From positions 192,001 to 256,000 of the forward strand of contig CAVXTH010000005.1 of NCBI GenBank assembly GCA_963764625.1: a DNA stretch of 64,000 nt, in the 5' to 3' direction. Below are positions 24,628-34,052 of the stretch, piece by piece (the first letter of the stretch is position 1; every line of letters starts with the position of its first letter). The notes beneath the pieces were generated by a model. That model was not told where the DNA came from. It saw only the letters and a list, made by a program, of their open reading frames with translations, and made no database searches. The stretch is from Candidatus Krumholzibacteriota bacterium (GTDB lineage Bacteria > Krumholzibacteriota > Krumholzibacteriia > JAJRXK01). The position numbers and the translations under genes were made by a program.

Positions 24628-24639
24628 GAGGGCCCTGAT

Positions 24640-25377
24640 CTAGTCCCGGAGCCGATCGTACATGACCCGCAGTTTCTGCACGTCCTCCCAGGTAGGTCGC
24701 TTCCACTGGGGATTACGCAGCAACGCGGCCGGGTGGTAGGTGACCACGGTGGGAATTCCATAGTAGTCGTGGATGTGGGCCCGCAGGCTCTTGAGGGTGG
24801 CCGTGGTGCCCAGAAGTGTGTGGGCAGCGTGGCGTCCCAGACAGCAGATGAGTTTCGGGCGTAGAATGTCGAGCTGACGCTTCAGGTGTGGCTCGCAGGA
24901 TTGCACTTCGTCGTGCTGCGGATCGCGGTTCTGTGGGGGGCGACACTTCAGAACGTTGCAGATGTAGACCTCGTCGCGGCTCAGTTCGATGGCGCCCAGG
25001 ATCTTGGTGAGAAGCTGCCCGGCCGCGCCCACGAAGGGCTCTCCCTTCAAATCCTCGTCGCGTCCCGGCGCTTCGCCCACGAACACCAGATCGGCATCCG
25101 GGTTACCCGTCCCGAACACGGTCTGCGTGCGCGTGGAGTGAAGCTCGCACTTCACGCAGCCCGCGACTTCCTCGCACAGTGACTGCAGTTCCTCAGCCTG
25201 GGTCGAGGATACGCGCGGGGAAGCCGGCTTGGCGTTAGCTCGGACTTCCCTGTTCCGCCCCTGGATCTGGCCCACGCGCGACCAGTCGACATGAACCCGC
25301 TCGCTTCCCGTGGCCTGCTGCTGCAGGAGCCAGGTTCGCAAATCGTTCGCGATGTTCTCGAGCCGCGGATCGCTCAC
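24640..25377 (-). CDS. family 4 uracil-DNA glycosylase (4Fe-4S)
   Basis: C..C.L, GEAPG, NVLKCRPPQNR, TYHPAALLR. Confidence 0.93.
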   Translation of the reverse strand: MSDPRLENIANDLRTWLLQQQATGSERVHVDWSRVGQIQGRNREVRANAKPASPRVSSTQAEELQSLCEEVAGCVKCELHSTRTQTVFGTGNPDADLVFVGEAPGRDEDLKGEPFVGAAGQLLTKILGAIELSRDEVYICNVLKCRPPQNRDPQHDEVQSCEPHLKRQLDILRPKLICCLGRHAAHTLLGTTATLKSLRAHIHDYYGIPTVVTYHPAALLRNPQWKRPTWEDVQKLRVMYDRLRD

Positions 25378-26708
25378 GCCTGCTCCTTTTCACGTTTCTT
25401 CTCTTTGCGCGTGCGCGGGGGGCGAGACTTCGGCTCCACCGCCAACTCGATCGATTCGCTCGCGTGGGAAACCAGCTCCAGGACTCGCTTCCAGATGAGC
25501 CGCGCCAGTTCCTCTTTCTCCGCCGGTCCCAGCCAAAGACCACGCCCCTGCTTGTCCACCAGAAAGACGCGGTTGGTGGTGGACTGAAAGCCTTCCCCTT
25601 CACGGTCGGCGTGATTGGCGAGCACCAGGTCCAGGTTCTTGGCCTGTCCCTTGCGCACCGCTTCCTTCTCGAGTTCTGCGTCGCTCCCCGTCTCCAGCGC
25701 GAAGCCGGCCAGGAATTGATCCGGTCCCTTTCTTTTCCCGAGCTCGCTCAGGATGTCCTGGGTGACGGTCAGGGTGAGCGTGGGGGGTCCTTCGCTCTTC
25801 TTCCGCTTGGTGGAACAGGGATTCAGTGGCCGATAGTCCGCCACCGCCGCCGCCATGAAGACGAAGTCATGGCGCGGCGCTTCGGCCAGGGTCATTTCCG
25901 CCAACTCGGCCGCGCTCTCGAAGCGCTGCACCTGGATTCCGCCAGGAGGGCTGAGCTCGGTGGGGCCGAGACAGAGGGTCACGCGCGCTCCCAGATCGCG
26001 GGCGGCCTCGGCCAGGGCCATTCCCATGCGGCCGCTGCTGCGATTCCCCAGATACCGCACCGCATCGATCGCCTCCCGGCTTCCTCCCGCGGTGACCAGG
26101 ACTCTGCGCCCGGCCAGGGGACCCTCTTCAAGGGTCTCCAACACGCGGGCCACGATCGCCTCGGGCTGCGCCAGGCGGCCCAGGGAGACAGTGCCGCAGG
26201 CTAGCCAGCCGCTGTCGGGTTCGATGATCTCGACCCCGCGGGCGCGGAGAGTCTTCAAGTTCTCTTGATTGGCCGCGTTTTCCCACATCTTGTCGTTCAT
26301 GGCCGGAGCCACCACGAGCGGCCCATTCGCGGCGCTGACCAGGGTCGAGGCCAGATCGTCGGCCAGCCCGTGCGCCATCTTGGCCAGGAAATTCGCGGTG
26401 GCGGGAACCACCAGAATGAGATCGCAACTCTGCGCCCAGTGGATGTGATCGAGGGGCTGCGCGCCCCCATCACCCCACAGGCTGGTGCCCACCGGCTGCC
26501 CCGAGAGAGCTTGGAAGGTGAGCGGTGTCACCATGCGCGTGGCGGACTCGGTCATGGCGACTCGAACGCGGCATCCGGCTTCCTGCAGAGAGCGAAGCAC
26601 GACGCAGCTCTTGTAGGCCGCGATGCCTCCCGTGATGATCATCAATACATTTCGACCCCGTCCCTTGGGGGGCGGGGTCGAGGACGAAGTGGGCACCGAG
26701 TTGGACAT
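25374..26708 (-). CDS. coaBC: phosphopantothenoylcysteine decarboxylase/ligase CoaBC
   Basis: TGGIAAYK, PATAN..AK, PAMN, N.SSG.MG, AAVADY, GFALET. Confidence 0.96.
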   Translation of the reverse strand: MSNSVPTSSSTPPPKGRGRNVLMIITGGIAAYKSCVVLRSLQEAGCRVRVAMTESATRMVTPLTFQALSGQPVGTSLWGDGGAQPLDHIHWAQSCDLILVVPATANFLAKMAHGLADDLASTLVSAANGPLVVAPAMNDKMWENAANQENLKTLRARGVEIIEPDSGWLACGTVSLGRLAQPEAIVARVLETLEEGPLAGRRVLVTAGGSREAIDAVRYLGNRSSGRMGMALAEAARDLGARVTLCLGPTELSPPGGIQVQRFESAAELAEMTLAEAPRHDFVFMAAAVADYRPLNPCSTKRKKSEGPPTLTLTVTQDILSELGKRKGPDQFLAGFALETGSDAELEKEAVRKGQAKNLDLVLANHADREGEGFQSTTNRVFLVDKQGRGLWLGPAEKEELARLIWKRVLELVSHASESIELAVEPKSRPPRTRKEKKREKEQA

Positions 26709-26721
26709 CACGGCTCTCCTG

Positions 26722-27186
26722 TCAGTCCTTGGTCTCCTCGGATGCGGCCTCCTGGGGCTCGCCGGCGTTCGAATCGGAGGCATCCGCGCTCATCTGGGCC
26801 GCCGCGGCCTTCGCGGCCGGCTCGCCTTCCTCCTCGGAGGGACCCGGCGCCGCGTCCGCGCCCTCCTGGGCCTCGCCGGATAATTCCTCGGACTCCTCGA
26901 GTTCGGCCAGGGCCTGCGGCGAGGGAGCCGTCATGTCGAGCATTTCCTCGGCGGCGGCGAGCATGGCCTCGCTGCGCTCCTGTTCGCGACGCTCACGCGC
27001 GTCAAAGTACGTGATCTTGCCGTCGATGAGCCTCTCGACGGCGAGAGAGGCGATTTTCCGTTCCTCGCTGATCTCCAGAGCTTGAAACTTGTCGTTGAGG
27101 CGCCGGCACTCCAGGGCCGCGACTTTGATCGCCTCGAACTTGTTGGGAATGTGCTCCAGAATACGATGGACGGGAATATAGGTCAT
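26722..27186 (-). CDS. rpoZ: RNA polymerase omega subunit with long acidic C-terminal tail
   Basis: IPNKFEAIKVAA..CRRL...K...LAVE; position gmk-rpoZ-coaBC; ATG 27186 with GGAGG SD. Confidence 0.8.
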   Translation of the reverse strand: MTYIPVHRILEHIPNKFEAIKVAALECRRLNDKFQALEISEERKIASLAVERLIDGKITYFDARERREQERSEAMLAAAEEMLDMTAPSPQALAELEESEELSGEAQEGADAAPGPSEEEGEPAAKAAAAQMSADASDSNAGEPQEAASEETKD

Positions 27187-27253
27187 GGTTCCTCCAACCG
27201 GGTGATCCGGGACGGATCCAGTGCGTGAATCTCCCCCTTCAGGCAGGAGGAAG

Positions 27254-27282
27254 AGTATAGGCACGGGCCCAGCTTCGAGCAA
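27254..27282 (-). promoter_or_regulatory. sigma70-type promoter of rpoZ
   Basis: TTGCTC-17 nt-TATACT. Confidence 0.6.
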
Positions 27283-27292
27283 GTCGGGCGCC

Positions 27293-27916
27293 TCAGGCCG
27301 CGTCGGAGGGGCCCGAAAGCGGGGGACACGGCCAGCGGAGACGCCGCCGCCGCTCGGCTCGCAGGATGGCGCGTAGATCCTCGATGGCGCTCTCGAGTTC
27401 GTCGTTCACCAGCCAGTACTCGTAATGACGGGCGTAATCCACTTCCCAATGCGCGTTTTCCAGACGCACTTTCAGAGCCTCGGCGTCCTCGGTGCCCCGG
27501 CGGCGAAGCCGCGCCTCCAGCTCCTGAAAACTGGGCGGAAACAGAAACACCGAAACCACGCGCTTTGGGAAGGCGGAGAGAATCCGCTCTCCACCCTGCA
27601 CGTCCACGTCGAGCACGGGAGTGAGACCCTCGGCCAGCATATGGTCGAGATCGGCCCGGCGAGTCCCGTAGAGCTCGTCGTGCACCGTGAAACTCTCCAC
27701 GAACGCGTTCTCCGCGCGAAGCTTCTCGAATGCGTCGCGGGAGAGGAAATGATAGTGCTGCCCGTCGACCTCCCCCGGCCTCTTGGGCCGGGTGGTACAC
27801 GAGACCGAGAATCGCAGACTGGGATCGGTCTCCATGATCGGAGTGTAGACGCTGCTCTTCCCCACCCCGGAAGGCCCCGAGATGAGCAGGAGAAACGGGG
27901 AGACCAAATCGTTCAT
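27293..27916 (-). CDS. gmk: guanylate kinase
   Basis: SGPSGVGKS, SCTTRPKRPGEVDG.HYHF, LDVDVQG. Confidence 0.96.
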   Translation of the reverse strand: MNDLVSPFLLLISGPSGVGKSSVYTPIMETDPSLRFSVSCTTRPKRPGEVDGQHYHFLSRDAFEKLRAENAFVESFTVHDELYGTRRADLDHMLAEGLTPVLDVDVQGGERILSAFPKRVVSVFLFPPSFQELEARLRRRGTEDAEALKVRLENAHWEVDYARHYEYWLVNDELESAIEDLRAILRAERRRRLRWPCPPLSGPSDAA

Positions 27917-27933
27917 TCCCACTCCCTCTCGCC

Positions 27934-28806
27934 CTACTCCAAGTTCTGGATCTGTTCGCGCATGTTCTCGATTTCTCCCTTCATGCGCACGACCCGGTCG
28001 GTGATGCTAAGGTCGGTGACCTTGCTTCCCATGGTATTGACCTCGCGGTGCATCTCCTGCAACAGAAACCCCAGACGCTTCGACTCCGCGCCTTCACCCG
28101 CGAGCGTCTCCTCGAATTGGTCGATGTGGCTGGCCAGGCGTTCCATTTCCTCGGTGATGGTCGACTTTTCCACCAGGAGCACGACCTCCTGGGCCAGACG
28201 CTGCGGGTCGACGGCTTCGCGCGCGCCGATCGCAGCCAGGCGTTCCTGCAGACGGGTTTGTAGACGGGTGGGCAGATCCTCGGCCCTCTCCTGCACATTT
28301 TTCAGATGGAGTCGCAGTTGCTTCGAGCGCGCCTTGAGCTGCCGCGAGAGAGCGCGGCCCTCTTTGGCCCGCATGGCCTGCAGCTTGACCAGGGCGCCAT
28401 TCACCGCTTCCTCGACCAGCGTCTTCAGGTGTTTGGGGGGCACGCTCTTCTCGGTGAGGCTGAAGGTCTCGGGCAACGAGGCGATGTGGGAGATGTCGAT
28501 CTCCCCCTTGAGACCGTGATGACGGGCAAGCTTCCGCGCCGCTTTCAGGTACGCAGTCACGAACTCCTCGTTGACCACGACTTCGCTACGGCCCGAGCTG
28601 AGCTCCATCTCGAGGTTGAGTGTGATCCGCCCCCGTTGCAGAATGGTGCTCACACGATCGCGGATCCACGGCTCGAACGTGGCCAGGCTGGATGGCGCTC
28701 GCAGTGCGAGGTCCAAGAAGCGATGGTTCACCGAACGCATCTCGGCTCGAATGGTCACGCCTTGCGCGCGAGCTTCTGCTGCTCCCATTCCGGTCATACT
28801 GTGCAT
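27934..28806 (-). CDS. yicC: YicC/YloC-family endoribonuclease
   Basis: SMTG.G, SVNHRFLD, FLLQEM.REVNT.GSK, REQIQNLE. Confidence 0.93.
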   Translation of the reverse strand: MHSMTGMGAAEARAQGVTIRAEMRSVNHRFLDLALRAPSSLATFEPWIRDRVSTILQRGRITLNLEMELSSGRSEVVVNEEFVTAYLKAARKLARHHGLKGEIDISHIASLPETFSLTEKSVPPKHLKTLVEEAVNGALVKLQAMRAKEGRALSRQLKARSKQLRLHLKNVQERAEDLPTRLQTRLQERLAAIGAREAVDPQRLAQEVVLLVEKSTITEEMERLASHIDQFEETLAGEGAESKRLGFLLQEMHREVNTMGSKVTDLSITDRVVRMKGEIENMREQIQNLE

Positions 28807-28901
28807 CGTCCACCTCTCCGCTGGCGAATTCCCGGGACGCCATTGGCTCATCGCGGGCAGTGTAGGCCAATCTTCCCGCGCATCAAAGGAAAGGCCTTCT
28901 C

Positions 28902-30299
28902 ATGACCGCGCTTTCCTCTCCGTACCGTTGGCTCCCCTCTCTCAGCGCGGCTCTTGGCGAGGAACTCGTGCGCGCCCGGGTGGAGGGCGTGCTGAGCGGG
29001 CGCGGCTGGATCAGCCTTCGCGTGGAGGGCCGGTACCTCTGGATCGCGGCTCTGGGTGGACTTCGGGCGCTTTGGCTCGATTCGCTGCCCCTGCCCATGG
29101 AGTACGCGCTGGCCCTGGGGAGCCACCAACGCTCGCCCTTCGCTCCGCTCTTGAAGAACGGCGTGGTGGACACGGTGGCCTGCCTACGCGGCGAGAGTGG
29201 CAAGCTCGAGGGATTCCGCCTCGAATTCGACACGGGACGCCGGCTTTGCGCGGCGTTCTGGCCGCGTCCCGGCCATATCTGGGTGGAGGACGTGCGCGGC
29301 GGCATTCTCAGCGTGTCTCCCCCCCAGGTCCATCCCGAGTCTCTGGAGGTAGTGGCCGAAGAACCCGCTGCCGAAACCTTCGACCTGCAAGCGCATGCGC
29401 GCGCCTGCCGCGAGCTCTTACTCTCCCATCTACGTCACTCGATGCAGCGGCGGGTTCGCGACAGCGTCAAGGCGCGAAAGCGTAAAGCGGAACGCCTCGA
29501 AGCTTCGCTCGCAGAGGATGCCGAGTCCGCGAGCGCGGCCGCGACTTCACGCGAGCAGGCGGATCTTTTGGCCGCCAACCTCTCGAGGGTTCCCTCCGGG
29601 CAGAACGAGGTCGAGATCCTCGACTTTCAGGGCCAGCAGACGACCCTGCGGCTCGATCCCTCACTCACCCCCGCGGCCAATCTCGACAAGCTCTATCGCC
29701 GCGCCGCCAAGGCGGAACGCGCGGTTGCTCACCTGGCCACCCGCCGCGAGCAAGTGGCGGCCGAGCGGAAACGGGCCCACGAGCTGGAGAAGGAGCTGGA
29801 TGAGATCGAAGAGATCGAGGACCTCTTGCGTTTCGCGCGCGCGGCGGGAATCGACCTGCGACCCTCGACCCCAGGAGAGCATCGGGGGTTTCGAGCCAAG
29901 AAGGGAAAACGTCTCCCCTACAAGATTTTCGTCTTGCTTTCCGGACGCGAGGTCTGGATCGGCAAGAGCGCGGCCGACAACGACGAACTGAGTTTCTCCC
30001 GCGCGGCGCCCGCCGACCTTTGGCTGCACGCGGGAGGAGTCGAGGGAAGCCATGTGATTCTTCGCTGCTCAGAAGGCCAGGCCACCAAGAGCGAGATCGA
30101 AGCCGCCGCCCAGCTCGCGGCTCTCTTCAGCAAGGCCAAGGGGTCGACGACGGTTCCGGTGTGGATCACCGAAAGGCGCTACGTGCGCAAACCGAGAAAG
30201 TCTCCGGCCGGAGTAGCCGCGCCTCAACGGGCCCGCACCCTTTTCGTGTCACCTCGACAGCCCGAGGGACACTGGCTCTCGCCAGAATCGAGCCCGTAG
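28902..30299 (+). CDS. NFACT/RqcH (FbpA-like) family protein, divergent N-terminus
   Basis: LDPSLTP..N..KLY...AK coiled coil; NFACT-R GKSA.DND.L, WLHA....GSHVIL, AA.LAA.FSK, RYVRKP. Confidence 0.8.
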   Translation: MTALSSPYRWLPSLSAALGEELVRARVEGVLSGRGWISLRVEGRYLWIAALGGLRALWLDSLPLPMEYALALGSHQRSPFAPLLKNGVVDTVACLRGESGKLEGFRLEFDTGRRLCAAFWPRPGHIWVEDVRGGILSVSPPQVHPESLEVVAEEPAAETFDLQAHARACRELLLSHLRHSMQRRVRDSVKARKRKAERLEASLAEDAESASAAATSREQADLLAANLSRVPSGQNEVEILDFQGQQTTLRLDPSLTPAANLDKLYRRAAKAERAVAHLATRREQVAAERKRAHELEKELDEIEEIEDLLRFARAAGIDLRPSTPGEHRGFRAKKGKRLPYKIFVLLSGREVWIGKSAADNDELSFSRAAPADLWLHAGGVEGSHVILRCSEGQATKSEIEAAAQLAALFSKAKGSTTVPVWITERRYVRKPRKSPAGVAAPQRARTLFVSPRQPEGHWLSPESSP

Positions 30300-30308
30300 G
30301 CTCTCCGC

Positions 30309-31979
30309 TCAGTTCGCGTAGCGCCGCTTGATTTCCAGCACGTGCTTCTCGCCCGTGAGGAACGCGGACACGATCTCCGGATCGAAGTGTTTACCGCCCG
30401 TGCTCACGATGTACTTTTTCGCCACCTGATGACTGTAGGGTTCCTTGTAGCAGCGCTTGGTGGTCAACGCGTCGTAGACGTCGGCGAGACAGACGATTCT
30501 GGCCGCGAGGGGAATCTCCTCCCCCGAAAGCGCAAAGGGGTACCCGCTGCCGTTCCACTTCTCGTGGTGATAGAGGGCGATGGTCTTGCTCATGCGCAAC
30601 AGCTCTAGATTGTCCATGCGCTTTTCGGCATCTCCCAGGGTTTCCCCGCCGATGAGAGTGTGCGTCTTCATGATCTCGAACTCCTCGGCGGTGAGACGGC
30701 CCTTCTTGCGCAAGATGCTGTCGGGAATCCCGACTTTGCCGATATCGTGCAGGGCTGCCGAGCGGTAGAGATCATCCATGTAGCGTGCGTCCAGAATCTC
30801 GTTGAAGCGCGGTTGTTCGCGAAGACACTCGGCGATCGCGCGGGTGTAGCCGCAAATCCGGTCGAGATGTCCTCCCGTATCGTCGTCTCGGCTCTCAGCC
30901 AGCCGAGCCAGGGCGAAGATCAGAACGTCGCGACTGGAGGCGAGTTGTCCGAAGAGGCGCAGGCGTTCCAGGGCAAGACTGAGTTGGTTCACCAGGGTGA
31001 CGCAGAGCTTCACGTCTTCTTCGGGAAATTCGCCCGGGTGGACCGATGCCGCGCTGAAAACTCCCACCGCTTTTCGCCCGACCATGATCGGAATTGCCAG
31101 CTCGCTGCGAACCAGCTCGCTTCCTTCCACGTAACGCGGGTCATTCCGTACATCGGGGACCGTGACGATGGCATTGCGCCGGAACGAGTGGGCCGTGATT
31201 CCCTTGCCGTCGCGCAAGGGGATGGCGAGCCGATGAAGCTGCTGGCCGTAGCCGGTGCTGTGATTCATCACGAGTTCGTGCGTCTCCGCGTCGTGCAAGA
31301 AGACAGCGCCGTACTCGTAGCCGAGGATGTCGGAAGTCGCATCGACGGCGCGCTCGAAGAGTTCGTGTTCGGTGACGAGCAGATCGAGGCTGGAATTGAA
31401 TTTGTGCAGAGCAGCCAGTTTCTGAACCAGGCCCTCGTGCGCCTTCTCCTGCTCTGCTTCCCTGGCCGGGATCGATTCGAAGATCACGAAGCAGCCCGCG
31501 AGAGAACCGTCGAAGTTGAGGACCGGCAATGCGGTCACCTCGAGTTCTCCTCCCCGATCGTTCGTCCGGCCAAAGCGCCTCCGCGAGGGTCGTTTGTGCT
31601 TCAGACATTCATGGACCCCTCGAAGCTCGGGCTGCTGTGGAATCTTCAGGCCCACCGTGAGATCGAGGCGGTGCCGGTCGACGCCGCGGAAGTGGAGAAT
31701 CTTCTCCGTGTCCGTCACCGCGAAAAAACGATCGTACGAAACGGCCCCCATCAAGGGGCACAGGTCGACTAAATGATCGCAGGGATTGCCGTTCGGATGA
31801 CGATTGAGATAGCGAGCGATGCAGTTGCTCAGGACGTTCTGGTAATCGCTGACCTCGAGGACGTCCGGAGACTGGAGCACATGCGCGAAACTGGTTTCTT
31901 CGGATGTATCGAGCCAAGCAGAGTCTTTGGTTGGAGCCACTCCGCGACGCTCGTATCGATCCCGCTCGAGTATTTTCAA
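30309..31979 (-). CDS. GAF-domain HD-GYP c-di-GMP phosphodiesterase (start uncertain)
   Basis: GAF (GKGIT...DPRY...SELAIPI) plus intact HD-GYP: D.DTGGH, HDIGK, HHEKWNGSGYP, DVYDAL. Confidence 0.88.
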   Translation of the reverse strand: MKILERDRYERRGVAPTKDSAWLDTSEETSFAHVLQSPDVLEVSDYQNVLSNCIARYLNRHPNGNPCDHLVDLCPLMGAVSYDRFFAVTDTEKILHFRGVDRHRLDLTVGLKIPQQPELRGVHECLKHKRPSRRRFGRTNDRGGELEVTALPVLNFDGSLAGCFVIFESIPAREAEQEKAHEGLVQKLAALHKFNSSLDLLVTEHELFERAVDATSDILGYEYGAVFLHDAETHELVMNHSTGYGQQLHRLAIPLRDGKGITAHSFRRNAIVTVPDVRNDPRYVEGSELVRSELAIPIMVGRKAVGVFSAASVHPGEFPEEDVKLCVTLVNQLSLALERLRLFGQLASSRDVLIFALARLAESRDDDTGGHLDRICGYTRAIAECLREQPRFNEILDARYMDDLYRSAALHDIGKVGIPDSILRKKGRLTAEEFEIMKTHTLIGGETLGDAEKRMDNLELLRMSKTIALYHHEKWNGSGYPFALSGEEIPLAARIVCLADVYDALTTKRCYKEPYSHQVAKKYIVSTGGKHFDPEIVSAFLTGEKHVLEIKRRYAN

Positions 31980-32030
31980 GTCGATTCTCTCTCGTAGAGG
32001 GCACTTCTCTACTGTAACCAGCTGAACTGC

Positions 32031-32046
32031 GGCAAGAGACGTGCCT
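32031..32046 (-). promoter_or_regulatory. sigma54 (-24/-12)-like promoter
   Basis: AGGCACGTCTCTTGCC versus consensus TGGCACGN4TTGCW, GG-N10-GC spacing. Confidence 0.55.
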
Positions 32047-32115
32047 TCTGGCGAAGACGGGCGCGGTCGAGACAGCATGAGGAAGTCTGGGGTACAGGCC
32101 CACCTGGTGGGAAAT

Positions 32116-34017
32116 TCAGCGGGACGGGCAGGATGGACCTTTTGTCCGGCGGCCGGACTCGAATCGAGTGACATCTTGAGAATCGAGCCACTCCAAAAGA
32201 GGCACGACGAACTTTCGCGAGGCATGCGTCCACCCCTTCACCGTGGCCACATCCAGAACTCCCGCCCCCGAAAAATGGTCCGCCACTTTCTCTACCAGCT
32301 CGTCGAGCCGGGCGCGCGCGGCCACGAGCCTTCCCGAGAGGCGTACCACGACACCCTCTTTCAAGAGAAGCGCGAGCTCGGGCGAGCGCGAGAGCCTCTC
32401 ATCCGCCTCGTACACGAATGAAGCCGATTCGATCGCATGCCGCAGATCGTCGAGCTTCCTTCGCGTCGCGGCGTCCACCTCCACCGCCCTGGAGTCGGCA
32501 TTCACCCGATCCTCCACCACGAAGAGGGGCAAGGTCTTCGACCAGGCGGCAAGAAGCTGGTTGAAAGCCGGGCCTCCCCCGCGAAAGCCAAGGGCGGTAC
32601 GGAGCTCTTCCTTGGGCATTCCTCCCCCGAGCGGCCACTTCTTCCGATGGGCCCGCAGGAGCTCCAGGGCGATTTTTCCCTTGTCGTCCGCCACATCGGC
32701 CGAGACCAGAAGATCCTGCATCGCTACGAGCTCTCTTTGGGCCAGGGCGCTCTCGAGCGCCGCCAAGGCCTGCTCCCTCGAGAACTGGACCATGGAGAGA
32801 TCGAAGAGCAGGTCTTCCTTGGATCGTCCACTGAGACCCGCCTGCCGCACTCGCAAGAACGGCCAACCCTGCGGTCCCGCGGCTTCGAATCGCTTCAGGC
32901 GGGTCAGGGCATCCGTTCTCCGCTCTTTGGCCGGCGTGAAGGGATCGATCACCTCGCCGCCGGCGATGGTGAACATCGGCGAATACGATCGGAGCACGAA
33001 GCGATCCCCCGGCGCCGCCACCAGCGGCTGCTCCAAATACAGGCGCGCGAGAGTGGACTCTCCCGCGCCCAACTCGTTCTTCTGGAGCAAGTCGAGGCGT
33101 CCGAGAACCTCGCGCGCCGCATGGTGAACGTGGACGCGCGCGCGCTGTTTGATCGGGGTTCGCAGAGAGGAGACCGCGTCGAGCCGGGCTGCGAGCCTCG
33201 AGCTCGCGCGCCACGTCGAACCACTGACCAGAACGTCGCCCCGGCTCAAGAGTTCCTTCTTCACTCCGTGCAGAGCGAGCGCCACGCGCTCACCCGCGCC
33301 GGCATGTTCCATCGATTCGTCGTGACTCTCGACCTCACGCACGCGCAACTCCCTGTCCGAAGGAAGCAGCCTCAGGCGATCTCCCGGACTCACTTCCCCG
33401 CTCCAGGCCGTTCCCGTCACCACCACCCCGGTGCCGGTCAAGCTGAAGACGCGGTCGACAGGCAGGCGGAAGTCGCCATCGCGGCTTCTTCCACGAGCCC
33501 TCTGGGTGAGTGCGAGCAGGGCCTGGCGCAACTGGGGCAATCCCTCGCCGGTGGTGGATGAGACGGGCAGGATGGGGCTTCCTTCCAGAAAGGTGCCCTG
33601 AACCAGCTCTTCCACTTCCGCCTTCACCAACTCGACCATCTCACTCTCCACCAGATCGATCTTGGTCATGACGACCAGACCGTCGCGCACCCCGAGCAAT
33701 CGCAGGACGTCGAGGTGTTCTACGGTCTGCGGCATGACGCCCTCGTCCGCCGCCACCAGAAGCAGCGCCAAGTCCATGCCGCCGGCTCCGGCCACCATTT
33801 GCCGCACGAATTTCTCGTGTCCCGGTACGTCGACGATGCCCAGTCGAGTGTGTTCGTCGAGGTCGAGATGGGCGAAGCCGAGTTCGATGGAGATCCCGCG
33901 GCGATGTTCTTCGACGAGCCGGTCGGTGTCCTTGCCGGTGAGCGCGCGCACCAGGGCGGTCTTGCCGTGATCGACGTGACCCGCGGTGCCCAGAATGAAT
34001 GTGCGTTGGCTCTGCAT
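32116..34017 (-). CDS. selB: selenocysteine-specific elongation factor
   Basis: [31 protein letters not shown]-terminal winged helix SRK...PLLE.LD. Confidence 0.95.
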   Translation of the reverse strand: MQSQRTFILGTAGHVDHGKTALVRALTGKDTDRLVEEHRRGISIELGFAHLDLDEHTRLGIVDVPGHEKFVRQMVAGAGGMDLALLLVAADEGVMPQTVEHLDVLRLLGVRDGLVVMTKIDLVESEMVELVKAEVEELVQGTFLEGSPILPVSSTTGEGLPQLRQALLALTQRARGRSRDGDFRLPVDRVFSLTGTGVVVTGTAWSGEVSPGDRLRLLPSDRELRVREVESHDESMEHAGAGERVALALHGVKKELLSRGDVLVSGSTWRASSRLAARLDAVSSLRTPIKQRARVHVHHAAREVLGRLDLLQKNELGAGESTLARLYLEQPLVAAPGDRFVLRSYSPMFTIAGGEVIDPFTPAKERRTDALTRLKRFEAAGPQGWPFLRVRQAGLSGRSKEDLLFDLSMVQFSREQALAALESALAQRELVAMQDLLVSADVADDKGKIALELLRAHRKKWPLGGGMPKEELRTALGFRGGGPAFNQLLAAWSKTLPLFVVEDRVNADSRAVEVDAATRRKLDDLRHAIESASFVYEADERLSRSPELALLLKEGVVVRLSGRLVAARARLDELVEKVADHFSGAGVLDVATVKGWTHASRKFVVPLLEWLDSQDVTRFESGRRTKGPSCPSR

Positions 34018-34052
34018 GTGCCGGTGTCGGTTCCTTGAGACGAGAGCGGAAC

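Noticed and set aside
32047-32225. Upstream extension of the HD-GYP ORF overlapping selB
   Set aside because: Low-complexity translation overlapping selB and lying upstream of the sigma54-like motif.
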